Shown here: positions 58,401-64,000 of the stretch, one piece after another | How positions within the stretch are numbered: position 1 is the stretch's first letter | Layout: each line of letters starts with the position of its first letter | Source: Macrostomum lignano | Lineage: Eukaryota | NCBI GenBank assembly: GCA_002269645.1 | Contig: NIVC01000293.1 | Coordinates: 496,001-560,000 of the forward strand | DNA length: 64,000 bases | Direction: 5' to 3' | Program-made: the position numbers and the translations under genes | Notes under the pieces: generated by a model | The model's input: the letters and a program-made list of their open reading frames with translations, nothing else | Told to the model about the DNA's origin: nothing | The model's database searches: none

Positions 58401-61400
58401 GTAGCTGATATGTATCGAAAGTATACTTTAGCGTAGCTGATATGTATCGAAAGTATACTTTAGCGTAGCCGATATGCATCGAAAGTATACTTTAGCGTAG
58501 CTGATATGTATGGAAGAGATATGCTCGTATCAATACTTTAAAGTTGCCGATAGGTATCGAAAGTATACTTAAGCGTAACCGATATGTATCGGAAGGTGAT
58601 AGTTTATCCGAACCGAAATGTATCGAAAAAATAATTAACAATAAAAAAAATCGACAGGCATGGACAAAGATTGGGATATCATATCCCGAGGCGAGCTGCC
58701 GCTTCAGTCCCAAGCCGGTCTGTTGGCTCTTCAGCGACAACAACAGAAAGAGCAGCAGCAACAACAACAGCAGCAAAATCACCAAGTGGCCTTATCGAAT
58801 AGTTCCAGCGTTGTTGCCAATGGCAACAGCAGCGTCAGCCAGCAGCCGCCGCAGCAGCAGTCGTCAAGTTCAGGCGGCAGCGGGCCCAGTCAGTTCTTCT
58901 CTCAGTTGGGCAGCCACGTCGGCAAGTCGATGATCACGCAGATGCAGAAAGCGGTTGGCGGCTGGAAGCTTTTGCCCGAGCTGAATTTGCCCAGCAGCAG
59001 CTCGTCCGGTCCGGCGCTTCCGTTCGCTCGTCAGGACGCGATGTCGGCTCCGCCAAGGCCGCCTGTGTCTGACAGGGAGTTCCAATCGCATCTGGACTCG
59101 GCTGGGCGGGTGCGCGACTTCTGGGCGTTGAAGCAGGCCGTGTTTCTGGGAGGCCTGGATCCTTCGCTGAGAAAGGTCGGAGAACGGCAATCTAAGTTGT
59201 TAATTTAAACAAATAATTTTTTTAAAAAATTGACAGCAGTTTCTTTTTTTGACTGCACTATAATAGTTTTTTCAGATTTTTGGTGCTAATTAAAACTTTA
59301 TTTATTTTGGCGCCATTTTAAATTTCTTTTTTGGCACCAATTTAAATTTCTTTTTTGGCACCAATTTAAATTTCTCGGTTTTGGAACCATTTTTCCAATT
59401 ATTTGATTTTGACACCAGTTCCAACATCTTGATTTGGTGCCAATTCAATCTTTTAGTTTCAAATTTACCAATTCAAATTTTAGGTTTTAGCCCCAATTTA
59501 AATGTATCGATTTTGGCACCAATTCAAATTTCTAAGTTTTAGCGCCAATTTAAACTACTAGATTTTGGTGCCAATTCAAATTTGACTCAAATTACTTTTG
59601 CGTTATTTTCAGATTAAATGAGAAAACTTTAGAAGCATCCATAAAGCACAATCAATTTAATTCTTGGCTACAGGTTGCTTGGCGCCTTCTGCTTCCGGTG
59701 TTCCCCAAGGGCAGCACCGGTCAGGAGCGCATTGCCTTCATGAAGCGCTCAGCTCAGCGCTACTTCGAAATGAAGCGCTGCTGGAAGGAGACTTACGCAG
59801 CGGGTCAGATGAGTCAGGCGCATCTGGCTCTGATCACAGCTATTAGCAAGGATGTTATTAGAACTGATCGAGGTGCGTTCGTGCTCCATTCTTGTAACAT
59901 CCATTATTTTATTATCTTGATTCTGGTTATGCTTCTGTGTCTTGTGTTCTGGGGAGAATTACACGAAATTTTACTGCAGCTTTTGGTCAGTTGTAAACAC
60001 AAATCTATGTAGTCTGTCTGCTTTGATCTCTTCCTCTCTTCCTTCTCTGTCCTTTTTCTCTTCTCTCCATTCATTTCTCCCTTCACTCTATGCCCTTCAT
60101 TTCTTCTCTTCGTCTCTTCCCTTCTTCTCTTCCCTTTTTCTCTTCCCTTCATCTGTTCCCTTCTTCTCTTCCCTTCTTCTCTTCCCTTCATCTGTTCCCT
60201 TCATCTGTTCCCTTCTCTTCCCTTCTTCTCTTCCCTTCTTCTCTTCCCTTCTTCTCTTCCCTTCTTCTCTTCCCTTCTTCTCTTCCCTTCTTCTCTTCCC
60301 TTCATCTGTTCCCTTCATCTCTTCCCTTCTCTTCCCTTCTTCTCTTCCCTTCATCTGTTCCCTTCATCTCTTCCCTTCTCTTCCCTTCTTCTCTTCCCTT
60401 CTTCTCTTCCCTTCATCTCTTCCCTTCATCTCACCCATTCTTCTCTTCCCTTCTTCTCTTCCCTTCATCTGTTTCCTTCTTCTCTTCCCTTCATCTGTTC
60501 CCTTCTTCTCTTCCCTTCATCTGTTCCCTTCTTCTCTTCCCTTCATCTGTTCCCTTCTTCTCTTTCCTTCATCTGTTATCTTCTTCTCTTCCCTTCATCT
60601 GTTCCCTTCTTCTCTTCCCTTCATCTGTTCCCTTCTTCTCTTCCCTTCATCTGTTCCCTTCTTCTCTTCCCTTCATCTGTTCCCTTCTTCTCTTCCCTTC
60701 ATCTGTTCCCTTCTTCTCTTCCCTTCATCTGTTCCCTTCTTCTCTTCCCTTCATCTGTTCCCTTTTTTCTCTTCCCTTCTCTTCCCTTCTTCTCTTCCCT
60801 TCTTCTCTTTCCTTCATCTGTTCCTTTCGTATTTTTCCTTCATCCCTTTCTTACTGCGCATATTTTGTTTGCCATTTATCATACTTTAATTCACCATCAT
60901 CGTGAGGTTGTAGTGAACCTAAGTTTGTATACAGGCTCCTTTATCTTCAATGCTTAATTTTGCTTTAATTCATTTCTTTATATCACCTACCAAAACGATA
61001 GCATAGTACGCTATCGTACTCGTATTACTCAATGTCAATTACCATTGATAATGATTATTAAATTTATAATAACCGTTAGTTTGTATAATCGTACTAAATA
61101 TAATCTGAAATTAAAACGAACACAGACCAGTCGTATTATGCCTATCCGTCGGTTAATAACCCGAGCCAATTAACTCACCTGCACCTGATGAGCCTGTTGC
61201 GAAATGGCTACAGCGGACCGCATCAATCTGCGGCAGCGAAATTTAATGATCACTTGGATTCAGGTGTTTTGCCGCTGCGATGTCAATTTTGAGTTTCATT
61301 AAGTAGAGAATTTGATTCATTATCCCCAGGTGTTACTTTTATTCATGATTACTGTTTTATGCAAAATTGTGAATTCTTTACAACTTCCAGTTGCGTCTCT

Positions 61401-64000
61401 CTCCACCCTCTCACTTCTGTCACTCTCCACCCCTCAGCTCTGTTCTGTCACTCTCCACCCTCTCACTTCTGTCACTCTCCACCCCTCAGCTCTGTTCTGT
61501 CACTCTCCACCCTCTCACTTCTGTCACTCTCCACCCCTCAGCTCTGTTCTGTCACTCTCCACCCTCTCACTTCTGTCACTCTCCACCCCTCAGCTCTGTT
61601 CTGTCACTCTCCACCCTCTCACTTCTGTCACTCTCCACCCCTCAGCTCTGTTCTGTCACTCTCCACCCTCTCACTTCTGTCACTCTCCACCCCCTCAGTT
61701 CTGTCACTCTCCACCCCCTCAGTTCTATCACTCTCCACCCCCTCAGCTCTGTCACTCTCCGCCCCCTCAGTTCTGTCACTCTCCACCCCCTCAGTTCTGT
61801 CACTCTCCACCCCCTCAGTTCTATCACTCTCCCCCCTCTTAGTTCTGTCACTCTCCACCCCCTCAATACTGTCACTCTCCATACTCTCACTTCCGTCACT
61901 CCCCATACTCTCACTTCCGTCACTCCCCATACTCTCATTTCCGTCACTCCCCATACTCTCACTTCCGTCACTCCCCATACTCTCACTTCCGTCACTCCCC
62001 ATACTCTCATTTCCGTCACTCCCCATACTCTCACTTCCGTCACTCCCCATACTCTCACTTCCGTCACTCCCCATACTCTCACTTCCGTCACTCCCCATAC
62101 TCTCACTTCCGTCACTCCCCATACTCTCACTTCCGTCACTCCCCATACTCTCACTTCCGTCACTCCCCATACTCTCACTTCCGTCACTCCCCATACTCTC
62201 ACTTCCGTCACTCCCCATACTCTCACTTCCGTCACTCCCCATACTCTCACTTCTTTCACTCTCTCCCTCATTCCGTCACGCTCTCCCTCATCCTATCACT
62301 ATCCCTCATTACGTCACTCTCCTTTATTCCGTCACTCTCCTTCATTCCGTCACTCTCTCCCAAATTTCCGTCACTCTCTCCCACACTCCGTCACTCTCTC
62401 CCACATTTCCGTCACTCTCTCCCTCATTCCGTCACTCTTTTCATGGTTTTAAAAATGATTTTAACAAAGGTAAGTAATGTTAAATTATTTTCAGCTTTCA
62501 CTATAGCCAACTAATTAGAGTTTTACTCCCCGATACTCTTATTTGAAATGAATTGATTTGCATCCTTTAAATCATCATTGAGTAAAAACACAGTAAATGA
62601 ATTTGAATATCTTGACTCTACTCTTGCCTACTAACTAAGTAGACAAATAAGCATCTGTAGCTAATATTGTATTTTATATTAACATTCTATTAGCTCGTAT
62701 ATTGATTATTGATTTGCGTTTTTTTAAATACTCCAACAGGTCACCCGTTCTATTCCGGCGGCAACGGCAACGTAGCCACAGGCGGGAGTATGGCTGACGC
62801 AGCTGAGAGCGAATATTCTCCGCATATTCTGCAGCTGTTCGACCTTCTAGTGACCTACGCTATTTATCACCCGTCTGTTGGCTACGCCCAGGGTTAGAAA
62901 AGAGTTTGTTACTCTGCTAGGGATTGAGTCTGTCACTCTGCTAGGGATTGAGTCTGTCACTCTGCTAGGGATTGAGTCTGTCACTCTTCTAGGGATTGAG
63001 TCTGTCACTCTCCTAGGGATTGAGTCTGTCACTCTCCTAGGGATTGAGTCTTTCACTTCTAGGGATTGAGTCAGTCACTCCTCGAGTCTGTCACTCTTCT
63101 TGAGTCGGTCACTATTCTTGAATCTGTCACTCTTAGGGATTAATTAGGGAGTCTGTCACACTCTTATTAGGCTTGAGTGAGTTCACCCCATGCTATGGTC
63201 AAATCTGTCACTCAATCTTCCTAATAAAACTTGTCACCCCGCTGGCCTCAGGCTAGATAAATCATTTCTACAGCTGTACAATCACACAATTACTCCTCGT
63301 TGACGTTCCCGCAGGTATGAGCGACTTGGCAAGCCCTCTACTAGTGGTGCAGAAAGACGAGGCCTACGCGTACATCTGTTTCTGCGCCCTGATGTGCCGA
63401 ACCATGGACAATTTCCGACGCGAGTCAACAGCTATGCTGACCAAATTCCAGCACCTTCACGACCTCATCGTGCACATGGACGCGGAACTGGCGGCGTTCC
63501 TTCGCTGCCACGGCTTGGCCGATATGTTCTTCACGCATCGCTGGCTGCTGTTGGAAATGAAGCGCGAATTTCAATTCGATGACACTCTGAGAATGCTGGA
63601 GGTTCAGTGGGCTGGGCTGCCGCACCTGTTCACCTTTCCCAAGAGTGCCGATGGTGTACCGCTGCAGGAGGATGCCTGCATCGGTGTGGCTTCTCCAGCC
63701 TCCGCCAGCACCAGCGCCGCGGCCGCCGTGTCTCCGCCGTCGCCGAAGGACACTCCCTACCTCCGACTGCAGTCCATGCTGAGACAGTCTCGCGAGGAAG
63801 CCTCCGCTGCCGCTTCTAGTGGCGCCTCGGCCACGGCCGCCGTGGTGCTGAAAGACGGCGTCGTTGAGCTGCCACCGCCCGAGGTTCTGGGCTGCGGCAA
63901 CCCCTTCCTGCTGTTCATGTGCGCCAGCATGCTGCAGGAGCATCGTGACCGGGTGATGCGTTCCTGTCACGATATGTGCGAGATTGTCATGCACTTTAAT
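55433..64000 (+). CDS. TBC1D25: TBC1 domain family member 25 (OATL1)-like Rab GAP, continues past the window. Exons 55433-55483, 56676-56785, 57145-57302, 58658-59175, 59674-59872, 62740-62892, 63315->64000.
   Basis: REVVHVKVK, FSIDPGITTFEVLQRLL, YLSMLSDWDL, DWDIIS, GGLDPSLRK|VAWRLLL, Arg finger ISKDVIRTDR, Gln finger YAQ|GMSDLASP, RWLLLEMKREF, GCGNPFLLF. All junctions are GT-AG and in phase. Confidence 0.93.
56857..57060. repeat. 27-bp minisatellite containing the palindrome GGGATT-TG-AATCCC, ~8 copies
   Basis: Near-identical units with no spacers. Confidence 0.93.
58215..58625. repeat. Degenerate ~32-bp minisatellite (GCCGATATGTATCGAAAGTATACTTTAGCGTA)
   Basis: Tandem copies, each with the palindrome AAGTATACTT. 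Confidence 0.88.
60050..60830. repeat. Polypyrimidine minisatellite (CTTCTCTTCC / CTTCATCTGTTCC units)
   Basis: Almost purely C/T on the + strand. Confidence 0.95.
61395..62440. repeat. Compound minisatellite with a CTGTCACTCTCCAC core, switching to the 24-bp unit CACTTCCGTCACTCCCCATACTCT
   Basis: Direct observation. Confidence 0.94.
62900..63130. repeat. 24-bp minisatellite (CTAGGGATTGAGTCTGTCACTCT.)
   Basis: Tandem copies starting just after the donor at 62893. Confidence 0.88.

Overview
Eukaryotic, intron-rich genomic DNA. Short exons are separated by introns filled with micro- and minisatellites, which resembles a free-living flatworm such as Macrostomum (inference only). Seven intact or apparently intact genes were assembled by hand from GT-AG junctions and family motifs: (1) a DSTYK-like protein with a P-loop GTPase-type N-terminus and a degenerate (pseudo)kinase C-terminus (-, runs off the left edge); (2) an SLC16/MCT-like MFS transporter (-); (3) an intact DEG/ENaC channel (-); (4) JMJD4, (5) NUDT8 and (6) RPE, a co-oriented minus-strand run; (7) TBC1D25 (+, runs off the right edge). 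A second, frameshifted DEG/ENaC copy (+) lies tail-to-tail with the intact one and shares a near-identical ~1.15 kb 3' block. Nearly all long ORFs in the supplied track are artefacts of tandem repeats. The most unusual items are the partly homogenised inverted ENaC pair, the GTPase-pseudokinase, a 2.2 kb TG..CA element with a 71 bp flanking duplication, a tRNA-Arg-headed CORE-like SINE, candidate micro/cassette exons in TBC1D25, and degenerate hammerhead cores. No database searches were run; family calls rest on recalled motifs.
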